From an uncultured Planctomycetota bacterium (GTDB lineage Bacteria; Planctomycetota; Planctomycetia; Isosphaerales; Isosphaeraceae), in NCBI GenBank assembly GCA_963823665.1, contig CAWGMQ010000003.1, forward strand, positions 192,001-256,000: a stretch of 64,000 nt of DNA, given 5' to 3'. Positions 20,787 to 29,929 of the stretch are shown here, one piece after another (positions within the stretch are counted from its first letter, which is position 1; each line of letters begins with the position of its first letter). Position numbers and translations under genes: made by a program. The notes under the pieces were generated by a model. The model made no database searches. It worked only from the letters and a program-made list of their open reading frames with translations, and was not told the origin of the DNA.

Positions 20787-22085
20787 TCAGGCCGCCACCT
20801 GCATCATGTTGCCCAGCTTGATCATCATGTCTTCCTGCTGTTTCAGGATCTGGGGCCCGGCTTCGGGCTCAGTCGCGTAGAGCAGCCCCGAAAGGGCGGT
20901 CAGTCGGATGCACTCGGTCCAGATCCAATGGCTGGATGTGAAGGCCGCGCCCCCAGCCTTTTGTTGCAGCTCACGGAGGACGCCGGGCGCAACCCGCTGC
21001 GGGTCCACGATGTCGGCCAGCCGCTGGCCGCGAAAGCACGTCAGTGGCGTGAGCAGGGCCAGATCGACGATGCGCGGTAAGAGCGGCAGAATCGCGGCCA
21101 CTAGACTTCCCGAGAGGGCTGAAGCACTCTTGATGGGATAGAGCTCTTGCCACGCGGTCGCCAGCTCGTCCCATGGCCCCATACCGTAGAAGCGCCGGCA
21201 CATCTCGACTCCGAGCATCACCCGCAGGTAGCTGATCGGGTGCGGATCTCCGGGCAGATATCGGAACACCTGGGCTCCCCGGCCGGCCACGACATCGGAC
21301 AAAGCAACGACGGCCGCGTAACCGCTGTACGCGAAGGCAAAACTATCGGCGGCCATCTCGCTCGACCAGCTTGCAACGTCTTCCGCGACCGCGGCGCCTG
21401 AATCTGGCAATTGCGCAAGAATCGCCCGCGCGAATGCCTCGTTCCAGCCGGTGATACCGGCAAACTGGTGGCCGCACTCGTGGAACAGCGCAGTCGTCCT
21501 GAACCGATTGTGGTAGGTCAGCTTGATGGCAGCGATGCGGCTCAAGGATCCATCCCAGAGCTTGGTCCCGATCCGCATGATCGAGGCACCGATACCCGGT
21601 GCGAAATAGGTCAAGATCGGTGGGGCCTTCAGCCCAAGCCGTTCGAGCGCACCGCTGACCGCACGCCCGGCCATCGTGTCGCAAGCGCGTAGCTGAATGC
21701 TGACCTCGGTGTTGGCGCGCGCTCGCACCGCGTCCACGTAGAAATTGACCAGAAGCTCTGTCTGGAGATACCGGTTGCGCAACTGCGCCACCTGGTCGGC
21801 GATCCGCTCCAGATCGGGGCGAGAGCGTACAGCCTTGAAGGCAGCGCGCACCGCCTGCGACTCAGTCTTTAGTTGATCGCGAGCGTCCTTCAACCCTGCA
21901 CGGAGAGTCACGCCGACATACCGTTCCAGGCTCGCCCATGCGGCCGGGGACGCGGTCGCCTCGAAATCGTCCAGCCGCTCGGCAGCCCCTTCCCAGTGGT
22001 TGAGCTGCCGCAGCACCTGGCGCTTGAGCGCCTGGCCCACTCGATCTGTGACGGACGTTGCTTGAACACTCATAAGCTTAACCAT
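20787..22085 (-). CDS. Zinc metallopeptidase (HEXXH plus downstream E, gluzincin-like)
   Basis: ALFHECGHQ (21468-21482), W.SEMAADSFA, DPHP..YLRV; start overlaps the upstream stop. Confidence 0.8.
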   Translation of the reverse strand: MVKLMSVQATSVTDRVGQALKRQVLRQLNHWEGAAERLDDFEATASPAAWASLERYVGVTLRAGLKDARDQLKTESQAVRAAFKAVRSRPDLERIADQVAQLRNRYLQTELLVNFYVDAVRARANTEVSIQLRACDTMAGRAVSGALERLGLKAPPILTYFAPGIGASIMRIGTKLWDGSLSRIAAIKLTYHNRFRTTALFHECGHQFAGITGWNEAFARAILAQLPDSGAAVAEDVASWSSEMAADSFAFAYSGYAAVVALSDVVAGRGAQVFRYLPGDPHPISYLRVMLGVEMCRRFYGMGPWDELATAWQELYPIKSASALSGSLVAAILPLLPRIVDLALLTPLTCFRGQRLADIVDPQRVAPGVLRELQQKAGGAAFTSSHWIWTECIRLTALSGLLYATEPEAGPQILKQQEDMMIKLGNMMQVAA

Positions 22086-24518
22086 GGATGCGGTTAATCA
22101 GATAGCCGGGGCGCACGCTGACGTGGAACGCAGGCGTCCCCTTGAGCCACGTGTTTTGGGAAATGTCCTTGGGAATCTGACCGCGTGATATCAGGCGCAG
22201 GACCTCGGTGCCGGGGACCTTGGTCATGGTGATGCGGATGGTCACGCCATCATGATGCGCGGCACAGGTGCGGCGGAATTCCTCGGCATTATTGCGCAAG
22301 TATTGCGCCAGATGGTGCTGGGCCCATTCAGCGATCTTGGCGGCGAGCAATGGTCCGGCATGCCTCAGCCAGGGTGGCGTCTTGCCCTCCAGGTTCGGGG
22401 TTTCGCTGACGATCAAGATCTCCGGCGGCAGGTGGCGCTCGTGCAACGCCATCTTGAGGGCGATCGTCGGCCGCGCCATCAGGTGTTTGAGCCGTGCGAA
22501 CGCCGCCGCCGCGTTTTGGCCCTTGGCGAGCTCTGCCGAGACGCGCTGGCAGAGGGGCTCGCTCAGGTAGAGCCACAGCCGGATCTCGCCTTTGATCAGG
22601 TTGATGCGGAGCTCGGCACGGACGGGCCGGACATGGCGGTGGTGCCGGCGGCCCTTCACCGGCTCGACGCGATAGAGGCGCTGCCCGACATGGAGCTTTT
22701 GTGGGCTGGCAAGATAGGCTTTCGGTGTGGCGCGCGACCCCAAGGCCGAGTTCGGGCCCAGGAGCGCGCCTGCGGCCTGCGGCGTGAGCGGATGCAGATG
22801 ACTCGCCGGAAAGCCCTCGGCGCGCGCAATCGTTGAGCCGGTCGTGCCCGGGAGCGCCTGGTAGACGGAGATCTTCGCCTTGAGAGGTTTGTCGGCAGGT
22901 TCGCCAAGGTGGTCGCGGACGTGGTCATGCAAGGTCGCGCTGCCGAATGTTTCGATCTTGCTGGCGACGCGCGGGGTAATCGTGGCCGGCAGAGATTCAC
23001 TGTACTTTGCATAACGCTTGCGATCCGAGTCGGCCGGCATCCGGGACCACCTCCCGTCATGGTCGGCGGTCTGCGCAATTCGGGCTTGATGATCGAGTCA
23101 GGGAAGTAGGACGACGCGGCGTTTTCGAATGCTTCGCTCACGGCGGCAGCCAGGAGCGTCTCGTTCTCGAATACGTGCGGCGGCAACTCGGCCAAGCTGG
23201 TGAGAGTCTCCTCCACGGTGGCCGCAAGGGCCTCGGTGGCCGCCGAGCGTGGCGGGGACTTACCGGCCTCCAGACCAAACAACTGGAGCCCTGCGCCGGC
23301 GATGTATGGCGAAATCTGCTTGGCGGGCTCAGCGCCGATGAGCGGACGGATGACGTGCGAGAGGAGGCCGCCGATGAACTTCACGACGCGAGGGCGCCCA
23401 AGGATCGCGATCGCGCTCTTGGCGGCCACCCATACTGCGCCGATGGCCGGCAAGAAGTGCTCGATGACCGGCTGCGCCGATTCGCCGGTTCTCAGCCGCC
23501 CCAGGCCGTCAGCCAGCTCGGCACGGGCGCGGTCGAGCATGGCGAGCGAGGGTTCGTTCTCGTGCTGTGGTTCCTCACCGTAGCTCGACACAATGTGATC
23601 TGCCTCTGCCTCATCGGGCGTGAGCATGAGCTCGGCCAATTGCACGTCAAACTCGGTTTCCAGCCGTGCGGCGTCCTCGGCTGCCGGAATCACCTCCGCC
23701 TCGGTCTGCTCGTGATCCTCGCCCTCGCCTTCGTGGGTCTCGCCGATCTTGTGGAAAAGGCGATCGGAAAGTCGCTGAGCGATCGGTCGAAGCTGCACGG
23801 GGAGCTTCTTGAGTGCGAACCGCACCACTTTGCCCAGCAGGAAGCGCGCAAGCTTCTTGAGCGGCAACAGCAACGGCGCCAGCGCGAACTTGCCGACAAT
23901 TTTGACTGCGCCCTTCGCGAGCTTTGCCGCTCCCGAAACGACTTTGCCCACCTTTCGGACGAGACCACCCAGAAACTGCTCGGACGCCGGGGAAGGCGAT
24001 TCGCTGCTCGGGGAAACCTCGTTTACGACGCGCTCGATCTCTTGTTCGGTCAGCGTTTCGGCTTGATAGCCTTCGAGCCGTTCGAAGAAGTGGTCCAGCA
24101 TCGCTTCGGCCCGGGCGGCGAGAGGCTCGAAATGGTCGTTGAGAAGACGTTCGGCCGCGAGGTCGCGCGTCTCTCGGTCACCATAATCGCCGGCGAGCTG
24201 TTCCCCGTGGACGTCGAGCGCTTCATCGGCGAGCTGTTCCAATGCTTCCCGAAACTCGCTGTCTTTAAGCTCCGCAGTAAGCTCGGCGAGGGCTGCCACC
24301 TCGGGCGCAGTGGCCTCAGTCTCTCCCGTTTCGGTTGACTCGCTGCGCAGAAAAGGAGTAGAGAAGTCCCACGGTCCCGTGAGGGACTCGCTGATTGCCG
24401 CCTCGCGCAGGGGTTCCTCTTGTGACTCATCAAGCTGGTGTTCAACAATGAAGGGCGTTTCGGCGAACGGGCGGTCTTCGTACACCTCCGAGTATCCGTT
24501 TTGTGATCTCTGTGCCAT
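22078..24518 (-). CDS. ~813-aa acidic protein with amphipathic cationic segments (indel near 23075)
   Basis: GAAAGGG RBS; E-rich N-terminus; one added base joins KPELR to QTADHDGRWSRMPADSD. Confidence 0.72.
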
Positions 24519-25353
24519 GGCTCACCCTTTCGTGGTCGTAGCTTCCGACTGTCACACCTGGTCTGCCCCGAACGATCAACGCATAGGCGACTTGTGGGCT
24601 GGCCTCCTGAATCAGCCGAATGACGTCCCGGGCGTCACCAGCCAGCGTCACAGCAAGCACCCGATGGGGTCGGGATCACGTCATTTTCATCGAAGAATGA
24701 ATATGATCATAAAACTGAAGCGCGCACCGCTCACGTCTGTTTGGTCGGCCGTTCGAACCGATCAAACGTTCCAAGCCGTGACCACAGTATCGCTGCTCGC
24801 GCTCCGTCCGCACCGAACTTGCGCTTCGAGCCAGCGTACGAGGCACGATTTCGTCAGTTCCCTGCCGGGGCTGTTTCCTGGAGCAGAATGCCGAGCTCAA
24901 TTCTCCTCTGGTTCATTCAAGTGCAGGAAAGATACCGATGAGTCCAACGCCGACAACTCTCTTTGCTCGACGGTCAAGGAGCATGAAAATTGGGCCGCTC
25001 AATCTGTCGTGGTATCTTGTAACACGCGCAATATAGATTGTAAATAGCCCAGTCCTCTCAAAGTATTTATCCATATCTAGAGCTCCCAAAATCACGCAGA
25101 TGTCTGGAAGAATGCGGTAAATGCAATGATTGGGATATTTCAAAGTAGCAGAATTGCGAGCTAATCGCTGGGTCACGGTGGATTTCAAGCTTGAAAGAGC
25201 CTCTCCGAATCGCACAGTGGCGACAGAGCTCACCTGCTGAGTGGGAGTTGATTCGTGGGAGACAGAACTGCGGACAACAAGCTTCCGGGACAAGACCGTC
25301 CATGTCCACGGGCTTCTTGAACAGATCTTTGGGTCAGACGCGCAACATCGCGT

Positions 25354-25986
25354 TCATAGCCCACCGAGCTCTTCGCGCAGTCGCTTGAGCACACGTGATT
25401 TCGCCACCCGGACAGCCCCCGGGCTCATTCCCAGCTCCTCGCCAACTTCCGCAGGCAACTTGCCGTCAACCGCGGTCATCCAGAATGCCTGCCACGTGCG
25501 CGCTTCAAACTCATTCCGAATGAGTTCGACTGCCGCGCGGAGCAATCCAGCCGAGTCGTGGCTGCCACCCGACTCCTCCCATTCGCGGAGGCTTGGCTCG
25601 GGCAGACTCGCCAGCCGGCGCTGGGCTTCGGTCCCCCCTTCTCCACCTCCACCCGGCTGCCGGCCCAGCTTGCGCAGATGGTCGCGCACCTTGTTGTCCG
25701 TGATCCGGTGCAGCCATCCTCGGAACGTATCGCCGGCATTCTCTTTGCGAAACCCGCCGATGTTTCTGGCGAGGGAATGAAACACGTCCTGAAAAACGTC
25801 CGCGGCCTCGTGCTCGGAAACGTCCCAGCGTCTCACCCAGCGATAGACAACCGGACCATAAAGCCCGACCAGAGTCTCCCACGCCGCGCCGTCATCGGCT
25901 TTCACTCGTTCCAGCAGGCTTCGTGAAGTCGCGCCCGATGACGGCGGCTCACGCCCGCTCGATCCCGTTTCGTCGACGTGGATCAT
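25354..25986 (-). CDS. ECF sigma factor
   Basis: TSRSLLERV...AWETLV.LY.P, DVFQDVF, FRGWL, VRVAKSRVLKRLR. Confidence 0.9.
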   Translation of the reverse strand: MIHVDETGSSGREPPSSGATSRSLLERVKADDGAAWETLVGLYGPVVYRWVRRWDVSEHEAADVFQDVFHSLARNIGGFRKENAGDTFRGWLHRITDNKVRDHLRKLGRQPGGGGEGGTEAQRRLASLPEPSLREWEESGGSHDSAGLLRAAVELIRNEFEARTWQAFWMTAVDGKLPAEVGEELGMSPGAVRVAKSRVLKRLREELGGL

Positions 25987-26139
25987 GGTCGCACTCGATG
26001 CCGGAACCTGAAGGTGGCCAGAACTCTAACCATCAACGATAATGATTTCGGGTCTTCCCGACGAGTGTGGCAAAAGATCACGTTCAGTCGCATCGCCTGA
26101 AACCCAGCCCGAGACGGGCGTGGCACGCGGGGTCGAGCC

Positions 26140-28002
26140 ATGGACCTGACGGATTGCCCGGGTCGAGCCGAGCTGGAACGATTCGCCGTCGGCGATCTCC
26201 CGCGCCCCGAGCTCGCCCGCCTGTCGGGCCACATCGAGAAATGTACCGCCTGTGATCACGCTCTCCAGGCGCTCGACGCGATTTCGGACCCACTGCTCTC
26301 CGATTTGCGGTCTCTCCTGCCCGACAACGCCGCAGGTCTCGACCCAGTCCCCGCTGCCCTGCTCGCCCGAGTGCGGTCACATCGCGAGCTGGCGGGCTCT
26401 GCGTCGTGGCTCTCAGAGGTCGGAACCTTGCGAAGCCTCGGCCGATTCGAGCTGCTCGAGCAGGTCGGCGTGGGGTCGTTCGGCTACGTCTTCCGGGCGC
26501 GCGACACCGAGCTCGGCCGCCAGGTCGCCATCAAGATTCCCAGGGCCGGCCACCTCGCCAGCCAGGAAGACGCCGCCCGTTTTCTGCGCGAGGCGAGAAG
26601 CGCGGCCCAGCTCAAGCACCCCGGCATCATCACCATCCACGAGACCGGTCAGACCGAAGACGGTACGTTCTATCTGGTGGAGGAATTCGTCCAGGGAACA
26701 ACCCTGAGCGCGCGCCTCGCCGCCGGCTCGATTCCCTTTCGCGATTCGGCCGAATTAGTCGCCGCCGTTTGCGATGCTCTCGACTGTGCCCACGGCCACG
26801 GCGTCATCCACCGCGACATCAAGCCCGCCAATATCCTGCTCGACTCGCTCGGCCATCCGCACTTGATGGACTTTGGCCTGGCCAAGCGCGAAGCCGAAGA
26901 CACCGTCATGACCCAGGACGGTCAGGTGCTCGGCACCCCGGCCTACATGTCGCCCGAACAAGCCCGCGGTGAATCACACCGGGTCGACGTGCGCACCGAC
27001 ATCTACAGCACCGGCGTTGTGCTCTACGAGCTCTTGACCGGCGAGCGGCCCTTCCGCGGCAATCGCCGCATGCTCCTCCTCCAGGTCATGGACGACGAGC
27101 CGCGGCCGCCCCGCCAGCTCAACGATAAAATCCCGCGCGATCTCGAAACCATCTGCCTGAAGGCAATGGCCAAGTCGCCCGCGCGGCGCTATTCTTCCGC
27201 CAGGGAGCTCCAGGAAGACCTGGGCCGGTTTCTGTCCGGCGATCCCATCCGCGCACGCCCCATTGGCTGGCCCGTGCGACTGAAACGCTGGTTCCGGCGC
27301 AACCCCGTGGCCGCGAGCTTGCTCGTCGCGGTCTCCCTGGGCTCGGCTGTTGGATTGTGGCATCTTTCGACGCTTTCCTCACAGCTCGTGCAATCGACCG
27401 CCATCGAAGGCGCCGCTCAGCAGGCCGAGATGCTCGAAGTGGTCAACGCGTTCTATACCTCGGAAGTTGTCGACCGGGTGCAGCCGCATGGGATCGTGGC
27501 CACGGGCGACTACGCCACCAAGAAAGGGGCGATTCCGCTGCCCGTGGTATTCTTGATCGAATCCGGCCAGCGGATCGGTGAGCGCAGCAAGTCCGGGATG
27601 TTCGTCCGGCTTTATAGCGACCATCCGTTCCGATCGCGCAAAGATGGCGGAGCTCACGACCAGTTCGAGCGGGACGCGCTCGCTGGTTTGCGGCAACATC
27701 CCGACGACCCGGTCTTTCGGTTCGAGGTCTACAAGGACCGTCCGTCGCTGCGCTACGCCGCGGCCCGTCGAATGGATGCGAATTGCATCAATTGCCATAA
27801 CAACGACCCGAACAGCCCCAAGCGGGATTGGAAGGTAGGCGAAGTGGGCGGAGTGCTCGAGATCATCCGCCCGCTCGACCGCGATGTTTCCCGCGCCCGC
27901 GAGGGCCTGAGGGGAACGCTCATTTTGATGGCGGTCGTCTCCGGCACTTTGCTCGGTCTTTCCGGGCTGGTGCTGGTCACTCGATCGCGGCGACTCAGGT
28001 AA
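26140..28002 (+). CDS. Ser/Thr kinase with N-terminal zinc-finger anti-sigma motif and TM-flanked heme-c (DUF3365/Tll0287-like) sensor
   Basis: HIEKCTAC; GVGSFG, VAIK, HRDIKPAN, DFG, GTPAYMSPE; two TM helices; CINCH at 27784-27798. Confidence 0.9.
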   Translation: MDLTDCPGRAELERFAVGDLPRPELARLSGHIEKCTACDHALQALDAISDPLLSDLRSLLPDNAAGLDPVPAALLARVRSHRELAGSASWLSEVGTLRSLGRFELLEQVGVGSFGYVFRARDTELGRQVAIKIPRAGHLASQEDAARFLREARSAAQLKHPGIITIHETGQTEDGTFYLVEEFVQGTTLSARLAAGSIPFRDSAELVAAVCDALDCAHGHGVIHRDIKPANILLDSLGHPHLMDFGLAKREAEDTVMTQDGQVLGTPAYMSPEQARGESHRVDVRTDIYSTGVVLYELLTGERPFRGNRRMLLLQVMDDEPRPPRQLNDKIPRDLETICLKAMAKSPARRYSSARELQEDLGRFLSGDPIRARPIGWPVRLKRWFRRNPVAASLLVAVSLGSAVGLWHLSTLSSQLVQSTAIEGAAQQAEMLEVVNAFYTSEVVDRVQPHGIVATGDYATKKGAIPLPVVFLIESGQRIGERSKSGMFVRLYSDHPFRSRKDGGAHDQFERDALAGLRQHPDDPVFRFEVYKDRPSLRYAAARRMDANCINCHNNDPNSPKRDWKVGEVGGVLEIIRPLDRDVSRAREGLRGTLILMAVVSGTLLGLSGLVLVTRSRRLR

Positions 28003-28380
28003 GCCTATGGATGTCGTCACAGAATGCCCCGCTTGTATGGGTATCTGGCTTGGCGTCAGCTTTTGCTTATGCCTTATCCCGCTTTCGATCGGCCGATGGT
28101 TCCGTAAGCCGAGCAACCGATCGGACCCCACGCGGAGTCCGTGACAATCTGCTCAAAGGTTAGCGCGAACAGTTGGCCGCGGATCGTTGTGGGAAGTTAG
28201 ATCGGCTGGACGCGACCCGGCAGCGATTTTATGCGGTTTGCCGCATAAGATTGAAGTCGTGTAACACGGTCGCGTTAATAGGAGAAGAGGATTCTTTGAG
28301 CTGATTGATGCCCGGATCGTTTCCCAGGGGCGATTGTCGCGTCCCGCGCTTCTTCTCACGAAACCCAGGGGAGAACGAAC

Positions 28381-29916
28381 ATGCACCGCAGTCACCGTCG
28401 TGAGTTTCTCGCAAATGTGGGCCGGGGCATGCTGGTCGCCAGCGTGGGACCGGTCCTCGCGCAGGATCTCGGTTTGGCTCCCGCGGCCCTGGCGGATGAC
28501 TCCGCCAGCCGTCTCACGTTCGGCGCGATCGAGCCGCTGGTCGCACTCATGCAAGATACCCCGATCGACCGGATGCTCCCGGCTGTCGTCGACAAGATCA
28601 GATCCGGCGAACACTTCGGCCGGCTGGTCGCCGCCGCGGCCCTGGCCAATGCCCGCACCTTCGGCGGAAACGATTATGAGGGCTATCACACCCTCATGGC
28701 ACTGGTACCGGCCTACCAGATGTCGCGCGAGCTGCCCGAGTCGCAGAAGGCACTGCCGCTTCTGAAAGTCTTCTACCGCAACACCAACCACATCCAGCAG
28801 TTGGGCGGCCACTCACACGAGGCTCTGCACCCCGTGGCTGCGGCGCAGCTCTCTGCCGGCGAATGCGGCGGTGAAGCCCTGCGCGATCTCGTTCGGCGGC
28901 GCGACGTCGACGGTGCCGAGCGGGCCTTCGCGGCACTGACCGAAAAGTCGGTCTCCGACGCCTACAACGATCTCCAGTACCTGGTTCAGGATTATGTTGA
29001 CGTCCACCGCGTCGTCCTGGCCTGGAGGGCCTGGAGCTTGCTCGACCTGGCCGGCAAGGAAAACGCGCACACCTTGCTTCGTCAATCGGTCCGGTTCTGT
29101 TGCGACGAAGAGAAACATGCCCGGAACGACGCGCTTCGCGTCCTGCTGCCCCGCCTGCTCGAGACCAAGGGCTTGTTGGACGACAAACACAAGGAACGTG
29201 CAGCGACCGATGAGTGGATTGAAGCGCTCAGTCACACGATTTACGCCTCGAACAGGCAGCAAGCCGCCGAAGCGGTGGCCCAGGCGCTCGCCGAGGGGTT
29301 CTCGGCGGAGGCTGTCGGCGAAGCGATTTCGCTGGCCGCAAACCAGCTCGTGCTGCACGACCCCGGCCGCAAGAAGGAAGATTCACCTGCCAAGCCGGTT
29401 GGGAGCGTCCATGGGGCCTCCGTCGGCGTGCATGCCTCTGACGCCGCCAACGCCTGGCGGAACATCGCGCGGGTGAGCAACCGCCGCAACACCGTCGCCA
29501 GCATGATCGTCGGCGCCTATCATACCGCCGGGCAGACGAACGGCTTGAACCCGAAGCCGTACCCGTTCGCCGAGCACCGCGAAAAGGTGCGCTCTGTCTC
29601 ACCCGACGAATTGCTGCGCGAGGCCGAGACCGCTATCAAGGCCAAGGACCAGGTCCGCGCCTGTGCGCTCATTCATCGCTACGGCGAGCTGGGCCGGCCC
29701 GAGCGGCCGGTCTTCGACATGTTGCTTCGCTATGCAATCAGCGAAGATGGCGCTCTCCATGCCGAGAAGTACTATCGCACCGTCAGTGAAGAGTTCGCTG
29801 TGGCACGGCCTGCCTTCCGCTGGAACCACCTGGCGGGCCTGGCCCGCGTGACGGCCAGCGAATTCGGCTACCCGGCGCCCGGCGTTGCCGAAGCTCGCAA
29901 GCTGCTGAGCGTTTGA
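28381..29916 (+). CDS. Tat-exported hypothetical protein, His-rich and helical
   Basis: HRREFL twin-arginine motif; GGGGAG RBS. Confidence 0.75.
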   Translation: MHRSHRREFLANVGRGMLVASVGPVLAQDLGLAPAALADDSASRLTFGAIEPLVALMQDTPIDRMLPAVVDKIRSGEHFGRLVAAAALANARTFGGNDYEGYHTLMALVPAYQMSRELPESQKALPLLKVFYRNTNHIQQLGGHSHEALHPVAAAQLSAGECGGEALRDLVRRRDVDGAERAFAALTEKSVSDAYNDLQYLVQDYVDVHRVVLAWRAWSLLDLAGKENAHTLLRQSVRFCCDEEKHARNDALRVLLPRLLETKGLLDDKHKERAATDEWIEALSHTIYASNRQQAAEAVAQALAEGFSAEAVGEAISLAANQLVLHDPGRKKEDSPAKPVGSVHGASVGVHASDAANAWRNIARVSNRRNTVASMIVGAYHTAGQTNGLNPKPYPFAEHREKVRSVSPDELLREAETAIKAKDQVRACALIHRYGELGRPERPVFDMLLRYAISEDGALHAEKYYRTVSEEFAVARPAFRWNHLAGLARVTASEFGYPAPGVAEARKLLSV

Positions 29917-29929
29917 TAATCACCCGCGG

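Noticed and set aside
17666..23075. Programmed frameshifting in the cluster genes
   Set aside because: No slippery heptamers, and the same kind of indel appears in housekeeping genes
14783..24518. T6SS, eCIS or prophage lysis cassette
   Set aside because: No sheath, tube, VgrG/PAAR, baseplate, DUF4157, holin or capsid motif recognised
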